From an uncultured Alphaproteobacteria bacterium (GTDB lineage Bacteria; Pseudomonadota; Alphaproteobacteria; Acetobacterales; Acetobacteraceae): a stretch of 64,000 nt of DNA. The notes beneath the pieces are model-generated. The model searched no databases. It saw nothing but the letters and a program-made list of their open reading frames with translations, and was not told where the DNA came from. The stretch spans positions 327,412 to 391,411 of the forward strand of contig CAVSBG010000005.1 in NCBI GenBank assembly GCA_963726125.1, written 5' to 3'. Shown here one piece after another: positions 29,387 to 37,327 of this stretch. The translations under genes were made by a program, and so were the position numbers. The number at the start of each line of letters is the position of its first letter. The first letter of the stretch is position 1.

Positions 29387-30528
29387 ATGCCTCACAACAC
29401 AGTTGCGGTGGTCGGCGCCGCGGAGACCACAAAGCTCGGCGTCATCCCTGACATGTCACAGATCCAGTTGCACGCGGATGCGGCGCTGAACGCGATGGCG
29501 GATTGCGGATTGAAGCCCAAGGATATCGACGGCGTCGCCACAGCCGGCGAAACCCCAGTGCAGATCGCGCACTATCTGGGTATCACTCCGACATGGGTCG
29601 ATGGCACGTCGGTCGGCGGCTGCTCCTTCATGATCCACGTGCGACACGCCGCCGCAGCGATCGAGGCGGGACTGGCGAAGACCATTCTGGTGACACATGG
29701 GGAGAGCGGACGCTCTCGGGTTGGTGCCGTGCCTCGGCCGGTGCCGCCTTCGAGCCTGAATGGACAGTTCGAACAGCCGTACGGGCCGATGGGACCGCCG
29801 AGCCTGTTCCCAATTCCGGTGCTGCGCTACATGAAGACCTATGGCGTCACGCATGAGCAGATCGCCATGGTGTCTGTCGTGCAACGCGAATGGGCGGCAA
29901 AGAATCCGCGCGCGACGTTCCGGGATCCGATCACGGTGGAGGATGTGCTTGGGTCGCGCATGATCGCGTATCCGTTCCGGCTGCTGCAATGCTGCCTGGT
30001 TACCGATGGCGGGGGTGCGTTGATCCTGACTTCCGCTGATCGCGCCAGGGATTTTCCGACCAAGCCGGTTTACATTCTGGGAACCGGCGAAAGCGTCGAG
30101 ACGCCGATGGTGAGCCAGATGGAGAGTTTTACCTCGTCGCGCGCGTTCAGTGTTGCGGGGCCGACGGCCTTTCGTGAGGCAGGCATCACGCACAAGGACG
30201 TGGATCACCTGATGATCTACGACGCCTTCGCGCACCTGCCGTTGTACGGACTGGAGGACCTGGGGTTTGTACCCGGGGAGAGGCGGGCCGCTTCATCGCC
30301 GAACGAAACACCGCACCGGGCAGCAAGCTGCCGCTGAACACCAACGGCGGCGGACTGTCGTATATGCACTCCGGCATGTACGGCATGTACGCACTACAAG
30401 AGAGCGTGCGGCAGATGCGCGGTATCGCGCCGGCACAGATCCCAGGCGCGAAGATCTCGGTGTGCCACGGCGTGGGCGGGATGTTCGCGGCGTCCGGGAC
30501 GATCATCTTTTCCAACCAGGCACCATAA
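29387..30528 (+). pseudogene. SCP-x/nonspecific lipid-transfer-type thiolase, frameshifted near the C-terminus
   Basis: Thiolase-like text runs to ...LEDLGFVPGE at about 30278. It then continues in another frame as AGRFIAERNTAPGSKLPLNTNGGGLSYMHSGMYGMYALQESVRQMRG...VCHGVGGMFAASGTIIFSNQAP, with the stop at 30526-30528. The shift lies inside ggggagaggcggg. Confidence 0.8.
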
Positions 30529-30548
30529 GCAAAACAACGAAAGGGACT

Positions 30549-30643
30549 CTCCCCTCCCCTTGCGGGAGGGGGTTGGGGGAGGGGGCCGTGCCAATCTGGG
30601 CGCCGCCCCCTCCCCCCGCCCCCTCCCGCAAGGGGAGGGGGAG
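30549..30643. repeat. inverted pair of REP-like GC-rich palindromic elements
   Basis: The left arm is ctcccctccccttgcgggagggggttgggggagggggc (30549-30586). The right arm is gccccctccccccgccccctcccgcaaggggagggggag (30605-30643). They are near-perfect reverse complements, and each contains its own short hairpin. Confidence 0.85.
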
Positions 30644-30659
30644 AAATGAGGAGCTGCCA

Positions 30660-31853
30660 ATGTCCGATCACCTGTTCTCCGACCTGAAGGTCATCGACTG
30701 CGCAAGCTGGATCGCGGGGCCGGCAGCCGCGACCATCATGTCCGACTTCGGCGCCGACGTGATCAAGATCGAGCCGCCGGGCGTCGGGGATCCATGGCGC
30801 TCGCGCAGCGCCAGCGGTTCACCCAATGACTATTACTGGCAGTTGACGGCGCGCAACAAACGCAGTCTGGCGCTCGACCTGAAGCACGAGGCAGGCCTGG
30901 CGGTGCTATATCGCCTGGTCGCCGAAACCGACGTGTTCGTCACCAACTTCCCTCTCCCGGTGCGTGACCGCTTGAAGCTGGCACCCGAGCATCTGCTGCC
31001 GTTGAACCCGCGGCTGATCTACGCGTCGTTCACCGCCTATGGCGAGGCCGGCGAGGAAGCCGCCCGGACCGGCTTCAACTCCACCGCCTACTGGGCGCGC
31101 ACCGGCCTGATGGACGCCGTCCGTGCGGATGTAGATACCGCGCCGGCGCGGTCCGCACCAGGCATGGGCGATCATCCGAGCGCCACCGGCCTGTACGCCG
31201 CCATCGTTACTGCGCTGTACCGTCGCGAAAAGACCGGCCTCGGTGGGGTTGTGCGTTCGTCGCTGCTGGCGAACGGTCTCTGGGCGAATGGTTGCTTCGT
31301 GCAGACGCGCCTGTTCGGCGAGGCAGTACCGCATCGTCCGCCGCGCGAGCAGGCGCCGAACGCGCTCGCAAACCACTACCGCTGCCGCGACGGCCGCTGG
31401 TTCATCATGGCGCTGTTCAACGAGGAACGGCAGTTGCGCCCGCTGCTCAACGCGATCGGCCGCGAGGAACTTGCAGACGATCCGCGGTTCGCCACGAAGG
31501 AAGCGCGGAAGAAGAATGCATGGGCGCTGGTGGAGGAATTGGATGCGGTGTTCTCTACGCGCGATATGGAGCACTGGCACACGGTGCTCGGCGCCGTCGG
31601 CGTTACGTTCGGCGCCGTCGGCAAGACTGACGACGTGATGCACGACGAGCAGATGCGCGCGAATGGTGCCCTGGTGCCTTTCGTCGACGGGAAGACGCTG
31701 ACGGTGTCATCACCATTTCAGTTAGAGGGAGAGACCAAAGTCGCGCCTCGATACGCGCCTAATGTCGGGCAGCACAGCGAGGAGGTGCTGCGGGAGGCAG
31801 GCTACTCCGGTGACGAGATCGGGAAGCTGAGGACGTCGGGAGTGTTGGCGTAA
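30660..31853 (+). CDS. family III CoA-transferase (CaiB/BaiF type)
   Basis: The N-terminus reads LKVIDCASWIAGPAAATIMSDFGADVIKIEPPGVGDPWR. A GAGGAG RBS lies 5 nt upstream. The upstream ORF extension through the REP element is rejected. Confidence 0.9.
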   Translation: MSDHLFSDLKVIDCASWIAGPAAATIMSDFGADVIKIEPPGVGDPWRSRSASGSPNDYYWQLTARNKRSLALDLKHEAGLAVLYRLVAETDVFVTNFPLPVRDRLKLAPEHLLPLNPRLIYASFTAYGEAGEEAARTGFNSTAYWARTGLMDAVRADVDTAPARSAPGMGDHPSATGLYAAIVTALYRREKTGLGGVVRSSLLANGLWANGCFVQTRLFGEAVPHRPPREQAPNALANHYRCRDGRWFIMALFNEERQLRPLLNAIGREELADDPRFATKEARKKNAWALVEELDAVFSTRDMEHWHTVLGAVGVTFGAVGKTDDVMHDEQMRANGALVPFVDGKTLTVSSPFQLEGETKVAPRYAPNVGQHSEEVLREAGYSGDEIGKLRTSGVLA

Positions 31854-32090
31854 ACCTGCCTTCTCCCGTTGACGTGGGGGCATAGCGATATCCGGCGGCG
31901 GAACCTGTGGGCATGCGTGACCGTGCATTGCTACGCTGAGTACTGCATAGTGAGTTTGCCAACGACCGATGAAAGCGTATCGCGAGTGGGAGGCTCCGCC
32001 CCCGCATCTCCGGTCACTTCACTTAACGCAGTCCCTATCGAATACAGGTATAATTCGTCCTGCACGAACAAACATCTGGGAAGCCGTCCG

Positions 32091-32774
32091 ATGCCAAGGT
32101 CACGTGCCCTCTCCTTCGTGACGAAGGAATTCGTGGAAATGGTGCCCCCCACCATTTTCTTCGCGGTCGGCTTCAATCTGATCCTGCTGACGACGAACCT
32201 GATCCTTGAGGATTACAAGGTCCAATTCTCCAGCTTTATGATTGCAACGACCGGCGGGCTGATTATTGGAAAAGCGGTGTTGGTGGCGAACGCGCTGCCA
32301 TTCTTCCGACGGTTCGACACGGCTCCACTGATCCAGCCTGTCTTGTTCAAAAGCGCGATCTACTTCGCGGTGGTCTGCGCGGTACGCCTGCTTGAGAAGC
32401 TGATCGAGTTCCTGGTGCATGGCGGGACACCGGACGGTCTGCCGGCCTATTTGCAAACGAACTTCACCTGGAACCGGTTTTTCGCCATCCAGCTTTGGAT
32501 TCTTGTGCTCTTCCTGATCTATACGTTCATCAGTGAGCTCAATGCGCTGTTCGGCGACGGCGAATTGGCTCGTATCATGTTCACGTGGCGCTCGACTGAG
32601 TTGAAGCAGACGCGGCGGCAACGGATACGCACCTTGGCAAAGCTAAGCCGGTTGGCTGACACGCACACGACCGCTGAACTAGCCGACCCGGCAACAGCGG
32701 CGCATGCGCAGATTATCGACCTGATCCGCAGCCTGGCGAAGAAAGGAGCCCCGCGGTCATCGCCAGCGCCGTGA
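32091..32774 (+). CDS. hypothetical membrane protein (227 aa)
   Basis: There are four or five hydrophobic helices. GC content is lower than the surroundings. A TATAAT hexamer lies at about 32047-32052 upstream. I recognise no family. Confidence 0.5.
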   Translation: MPRSRALSFVTKEFVEMVPPTIFFAVGFNLILLTTNLILEDYKVQFSSFMIATTGGLIIGKAVLVANALPFFRRFDTAPLIQPVLFKSAIYFAVVCAVRLLEKLIEFLVHGGTPDGLPAYLQTNFTWNRFFAIQLWILVLFLIYTFISELNALFGDGELARIMFTWRSTELKQTRRQRIRTLAKLSRLADTHTTAELADPATAAHAQIIDLIRSLAKKGAPRSSPAP

Positions 32775-32783
32775 TTACTGCGA

Positions 32784-33173
32784 TCACCATAGGATCGCGA
32801 ACAAGCCGAAAGCCCCGATCAGCATGAGCAGGACTGCCACGGTCATGGCGATCGGTCGCATTGCATTATAGGCAAAATCCGGCTGCGAGAGTCGCTTCAG
32901 GATACGAGCATGCTGAACAATCGCGGCGAGCAGGCCGAGGATACCCACCACGATAAAGCTTGCAGCGAAGATCAGCGACGTATGGGCAGGATCGCGAGAC
33001 CGGTGCAGGTCGGCGGCGTCGATATAGGAAGCGAGCTTGCCGATGCCGAATCCGAAACCGATCAACGAGAGCGCGGTCCGGATCCAGGCCATCAGCGTTC
33101 GTTCCGCGGCCTCGCGGTTGCGCTCTTTTGCAAGTTCGTTGGCGACATTCGTGCCGACCGGCTTGTCGATCAT
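32784..33173 (-). CDS. DUF202 (YidH-like) membrane protein
   Basis: The motif NELAKERNREAAERTLMAWIRTALSLIGFGFGI is followed by two further TM helices. Confidence 0.75.
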   Translation of the reverse strand: MIDKPVGTNVANELAKERNREAAERTLMAWIRTALSLIGFGFGIGKLASYIDAADLHRSRDPAHTSLIFAASFIVVGILGLLAAIVQHARILKRLSQPDFAYNAMRPIAMTVAVLLMLIGAFGLFAILW

Positions 33174-33195
33174 CGGCGACGCCTGACCTGGAAGT

Positions 33196-34707
33196 TCAGA
33201 CGCCGTTTGTCGCCGCCTTCATCGCGTGTTCCAGCATTTCACTGGGATTGAAGTCAGGTGGCGCCTGGCGTGGCGGGAAATCCTTGAAGGTTGCAGCATG
33301 CATAGTCAGGATGTAGGCGGCGGGCATGATCGTCCAGAGCTTTTCCCCGGCGTAGAGCGGATACCCTGGCGCATCGATGTGCTGCTCGAACGGATCGACC
33401 CGTAGGTTGACCGGGCGCGGAACGGTTGGTCGCATCAACTGCCCGGCGAACCAGTCGTCTTTGATCTGGAAATGGATTTTCCAGTTCTGATAGCGGATGG
33501 CAAACAGGTTGTGCTCCCCGTAATAGAAGAATTCGCGTCGCGCCAATTCCGAGCTTGCCCCGGTGAGGTACGGAAGCTGGTTGTAGCCGTCGAGATGAAC
33601 GCGGAAATGCTTGGGCCCCGCCTGGTATCCGTTGAGCAGCTTTTCCTTGATGTCGGGGACGCCAACGGCGGCCATCACTGTGGGGACCACGTCTTCCAGC
33701 GAGAAGATTCCGTTGAGCACCTGCTCTGGCGGTATTTGCCCCGGCCAACGCACCAGGAACGGAGCTCGGAAGCCGCCTTCCCAGCCCAACCCTTTTTCGC
33801 CGCGGAACGGCGATGTTCCGCCATCAGGCCAACTGAATTTCTCGGCGCCGTTGTCGGTGGTGAATATAACGATTGTGTTGTCGGCGATGCCCAGCATGTC
33901 AAGCTTGGCGAGCAACTCGCCCACGACCCAATCAAGCTCCTGCATCCCGTCGGCGTAGAGGCCGAACTTCGTCTTGTCGCGCCAACGATCGGACAGACGA
34001 GTCCATACGTGCATCCGGGTTGTGTTGTGCCACAGCAGAAACGGCTTGTCCGCGGCATGCGCGCGATCAATGAAATCCAGGGAGCGTGCGAGTAGATCGT
34101 CCTCGATCGTTTCCATCCGCTTGCGGGTCAACGGTCCGGTATCCTGGATGGTCTGCTTGCCCACGCGACCGAATCGCGGATCCTCGGTAGGATCATCGGA
34201 TTCAGTGGCCTTACAGTCCAGCACGCCACGCGGCTTGAAGAAGTTCTGGAACACCGGAAGGTCCTTGGGATAATCGGCCTGCTCCGGCTCTTCCTCCGCA
34301 TTGAGGTGATAGAGATTGCCGTGAAACTCGTCGAATCCGTGTACGGTCGGAAGATACTCGTTTCGGTCGCCGAGGTGATTTTTGCCGATCTGCGCGGTCA
34401 TGTAACCTTCAGGCTTCAGCAGCTCTGCCAGCGTGGGATCTTCCGGCCGAAGGCCCTGCGGGGCCCCAGGGAGTCCGACTGTGGTCATGCCGGTTCGCAT
34501 CGGAAGTTGCCCGGTGATGAAGGCAGCACGGCCCGCTGTGCAACTCGCCTGCGCATAGCAGTCCGTCAGCAGGACGCCTTCGCGCGCAATTCGATCGATA
34601 TTGGGGGTTGGCGCGCCCATCATGCCTCGGTGGTAGGCACCCACATCGAACCAACCGATGTCATCCGCCAGGATCAGGAGGACATTCGGCTTCTTCTTTG
34701 CTGGCAT
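33196..34707 (-). CDS. arylsulfatase (formylglycine-dependent sulfatase family)
   Basis: The sulfatase signature reads NVLLILADDIGWFDVG...SCTAGRAAFITG (C-x-A-x-R variant). It is followed by GKNHLG and other conserved blocks. Starting at MPAKKKPN, there is no obvious signal peptide. Confidence 0.9.
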   Translation of the reverse strand: MPAKKKPNVLLILADDIGWFDVGAYHRGMMGAPTPNIDRIAREGVLLTDCYAQASCTAGRAAFITGQLPMRTGMTTVGLPGAPQGLRPEDPTLAELLKPEGYMTAQIGKNHLGDRNEYLPTVHGFDEFHGNLYHLNAEEEPEQADYPKDLPVFQNFFKPRGVLDCKATESDDPTEDPRFGRVGKQTIQDTGPLTRKRMETIEDDLLARSLDFIDRAHAADKPFLLWHNTTRMHVWTRLSDRWRDKTKFGLYADGMQELDWVVGELLAKLDMLGIADNTIVIFTTDNGAEKFSWPDGGTSPFRGEKGLGWEGGFRAPFLVRWPGQIPPEQVLNGIFSLEDVVPTVMAAVGVPDIKEKLLNGYQAGPKHFRVHLDGYNQLPYLTGASSELARREFFYYGEHNLFAIRYQNWKIHFQIKDDWFAGQLMRPTVPRPVNLRVDPFEQHIDAPGYPLYAGEKLWTIMPAAYILTMHAATFKDFPPRQAPPDFNPSEMLEHAMKAATNGV

Positions 34708-34974
34708 GGATATGTCGTCCTTATAAGGCGGTCGTAGCTTGCTGCGGCCACGCAGTTTTTCGATGCTAATCTGTCTCGATGCCGATATGCGGGGGCTAGC
34801 CACGGCGAGCTTCAGCACCCATCTTCTATATACCGTGGCTGGGTCGGGCTATGCAGATTCGGCTTGGGCGGCGATCGTTATTCAAATGATCGGTGTGGTG
34901 CCATCGCCAGCGACCACGGGGATGACACAGCTGTCGCGCTGCCTAGCGTGTCGAGCCAGCCAAATATCGGCCAG

Positions 34975-34998
34975 CCCTCTCCGCCTTGGCAGAGAGGG
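34975..34998 (-). terminator. possible stem-loop 3' of the BNR-repeat gene
   Basis: ccctctc (34975-34981) pairs with gagaggg (34992-34998) across a 10-nt loop, 17 nt past the stop. There is no clear U-tract. Confidence 0.3.
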
Positions 34999-35014
34999 TG
35001 CATGACCAGAAAGC

Positions 35015-36070
35015 TTACCCGCAGGCCAGCGAGTAGATGTCCTTGACCCCATGCGGCAGGTTCATCGCCTGCCAGGTCGTGCCACCATCCTGCGTGCCGA
35101 ACACTTCACCATCATAGCGCGCCCCAAGGTACACCTGCTTCGGATCGCTCTGGTGCAACGCGACCGACATGATCGTGCCATGCACCTGCACCTTGTCGAA
35201 CCGCTTCCAGGTCTGGCCCTTGTCCTGACTGCGATAGACCGCACCGTCCTTGCTCGCAGCGGCGACGCTCAGCGCTGAGTAGAGCGTGCCGGGTTCGCTC
35301 GGCGACGCCTTGATATCGCGGCCGTACGTTGTCGGTGAGAAACGGCCGACCTCCATGTCCTGCCAGCTGTTGCCATCATCGGCGGTGCGGAACAGCCCCA
35401 TGCGCACCGCAACGATCACCGCATCCGGATCTGCGGGGTTGATGGCGATCGCATGGCCGTCGAGCATGCCTTCATCCGACGTGTCGCTGACGATCTTGCT
35501 CTTAAGGTGCGGTTGCTGCGCCAAACGAATGAGATCGGGGCTGCAATCCTTCCAGGTCTCGCCGCCATCGGTGGTGCGCATCACGCCGCCCACTTCCAAT
35601 GCGGCGAAGATGGTGCCTGGCTTGCTGGGGTGCTGCGCCATACGCATCACGCGGCAGGCGAACGGCATCACGCAGCGCGTCGGCATGTTCGGATCGGGCA
35701 GGCGCTTCCAGGTCTCTCCGCTGTCCTCACTGCGATACACCGCGATCGGCGAGCCGCCGGCATAGACCAGCTTGGAATTGCCGGCATCGACCAGGAACGA
35801 CCAGATCTCCATGCCCTTATCGGGGAAGTTGGTGCGCTTGAAGGTCTTGCCGCGATCGGTGCTGCGATACACGCCGTCATGCGTACCGGCGAGCACGATG
35901 TTCGGGTCGGTCGGATGCACGAAGACCGTATTGCTGCTGTGGTCGCTGAGCACATGTTCCCACGTGCCGGTTTCGGCCGGGCGGCGGAACACGCCGACGG
36001 CTCCCTGGTCCTTGTCGCTGCGGCCGACCGTTCCGGCCACGCTGGCATAGACGTTTGCTTGGCTTGCCAT
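35015..36070 (-). CDS. BNR/Asp-box repeat beta-propeller protein (sialidase/Ycf48-like fold)
   Basis: Six Asp-box-like motifs are spaced through the 351 aa: STDRGKTF, SEDSGETW, TTDGGETW, TADDGNSW, SQDKGQTW and TQDGGTTW. Confidence 0.8.
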   Translation of the reverse strand: MASQANVYASVAGTVGRSDKDQGAVGVFRRPAETGTWEHVLSDHSSNTVFVHPTDPNIVLAGTHDGVYRSTDRGKTFKRTNFPDKGMEIWSFLVDAGNSKLVYAGGSPIAVYRSEDSGETWKRLPDPNMPTRCVMPFACRVMRMAQHPSKPGTIFAALEVGGVMRTTDGGETWKDCSPDLIRLAQQPHLKSKIVSDTSDEGMLDGHAIAINPADPDAVIVAVRMGLFRTADDGNSWQDMEVGRFSPTTYGRDIKASPSEPGTLYSALSVAAASKDGAVYRSQDKGQTWKRFDKVQVHGTIMSVALHQSDPKQVYLGARYDGEVFGTQDGGTTWQAMNLPHGVKDIYSLACG

Positions 36071-36182
36071 GGTCCGCTTCTCCCATCTCCAGTCGGGTCA
36101 GGTTACGCCATCGGCGGCGGGGTTGACAGTGGGGGGCCTTCGCCGCCTTGCTGATGGCAAATGTTGCCGGAGGAGCGCCGCC

Positions 36183-37232
36183 ATGCCGACTGTGTCAGCC
36201 GAACGTCTGATGGACATCGCGAATGCCCTGTTGCAGGCCGCTGGTGCCTCGGCCGATGAGGCCGCAACGATCGCGCGCTACAACATTGGCGCCAATCTGG
36301 TCGGACATGACTCGCACGGCATCATCCTGATTCCGACCTATATTGATCGCATCAAGGTCAACCATATCGTGCCGGGCGCGCCGTGGACCATCATGCAGGA
36401 AACGCCAACCAGCACGGTGATTGATGGCAACTGGGGATTCGGCTACGTCGTGACCGATCGCGCGATGCGCTACACGATCGACAAGGCGAAGAACCAGCAG
36501 GTCGCCGCCGCGACGGTGTATCGACAGAGCCATATCGGCAGGCTTGCAAGCTACCCCCTGATGGCGGCGCGCGAGGGCATGATCGCGATGATCACTGCTG
36601 ACTCCGGCCGCAGTGCAAAAGCGGTCGCGCCGTTCGGTGGCGCAAAAGCACGGTTGGGCACCAACCCCATCTGTTTCGCCGTGCCGTCGAATTTGGAAGG
36701 ACCGTTGTTCTTCGACATGGCGACATCCGCGGCGGCGGCGGGCAAGATCAACGTAGCGACGGCGCGTGGCGAGCAGGTGCCTCCGGGCTGGCTCATCGAT
36801 GCCGAGGGCAAGCCGTCAACCGACCCGCGTGTTTTGCGGCAGGGCGGCGCGTTACTGCCGGTTGGCGGTTCGGAGGGATACAAGGGCTACGGTCTGGCAA
36901 CGATCGTGGAGATCCTGTCGGGATTGCTGACCGGCTTGGGCTTCGGTGTAGAACCGACCGGACGCCACAACGACGGCTGCTTCATCGCCGTGTTCAACGT
37001 CTCCGCATTCCGCGACCTCGAAACGTTCAAGCAAGAGGTGACGGAGTTCGCACAATACCTGAAAGCGACACCGCCGGCGCAGGGCTTCACGGAGGTGCTG
37101 TATCCCGGCGAGATCGAATTCAACCGCGAGCAGGAGCGGCGCAAGAACGGCATTCCGGTGGAAGACGCCACCTGGAAGAAGCTGCAGGGACTGGCTCAGG
37201 GCTACGGCCTGTCGGACAAGCTCGGGCTATAG
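36183..37232 (+). CDS. Ldh_2-family (malate/L-lactate/ureidoglycolate-type) dehydrogenase
   Basis: Family-typical text is present: NLVGHDSHGIILIPTYIDRIK..., SHIGRLASY, GGSEGYKGYGLATIVEILSG. The upstream extension to 36069 is rejected. Confidence 0.85.
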   Translation: MPTVSAERLMDIANALLQAAGASADEAATIARYNIGANLVGHDSHGIILIPTYIDRIKVNHIVPGAPWTIMQETPTSTVIDGNWGFGYVVTDRAMRYTIDKAKNQQVAAATVYRQSHIGRLASYPLMAAREGMIAMITADSGRSAKAVAPFGGAKARLGTNPICFAVPSNLEGPLFFDMATSAAAAGKINVATARGEQVPPGWLIDAEGKPSTDPRVLRQGGALLPVGGSEGYKGYGLATIVEILSGLLTGLGFGVEPTGRHNDGCFIAVFNVSAFRDLETFKQEVTEFAQYLKATPPAQGFTEVLYPGEIEFNREQERRKNGIPVEDATWKKLQGLAQGYGLSDKLGL

Positions 37233-37327
37233 CTTCGGCCGCCACGCGCACTGCCCCGAGTCCGATCACGTTGCAGGATGGAGCGCGTCGGACTTGCGTC
37301 TGACGGACGCGACATTCAGGATCAGGC

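Noticed and set aside
30267-30659. An N-terminal extension of the CoA-transferase ORF (M at 30267) reading through the REP pair.
   Set aside because: The extension overlaps the thiolase C-terminus in another frame and translates the REP element. A strong RBS and the conserved N-terminus begin at 30660.
31869-36070. Calling the lower-GC patch a genomic island or mobile element.
   Set aside because: The window contains no integrase, transposase, tRNA attachment site or flanking direct repeats. The compositional difference alone is insufficient.
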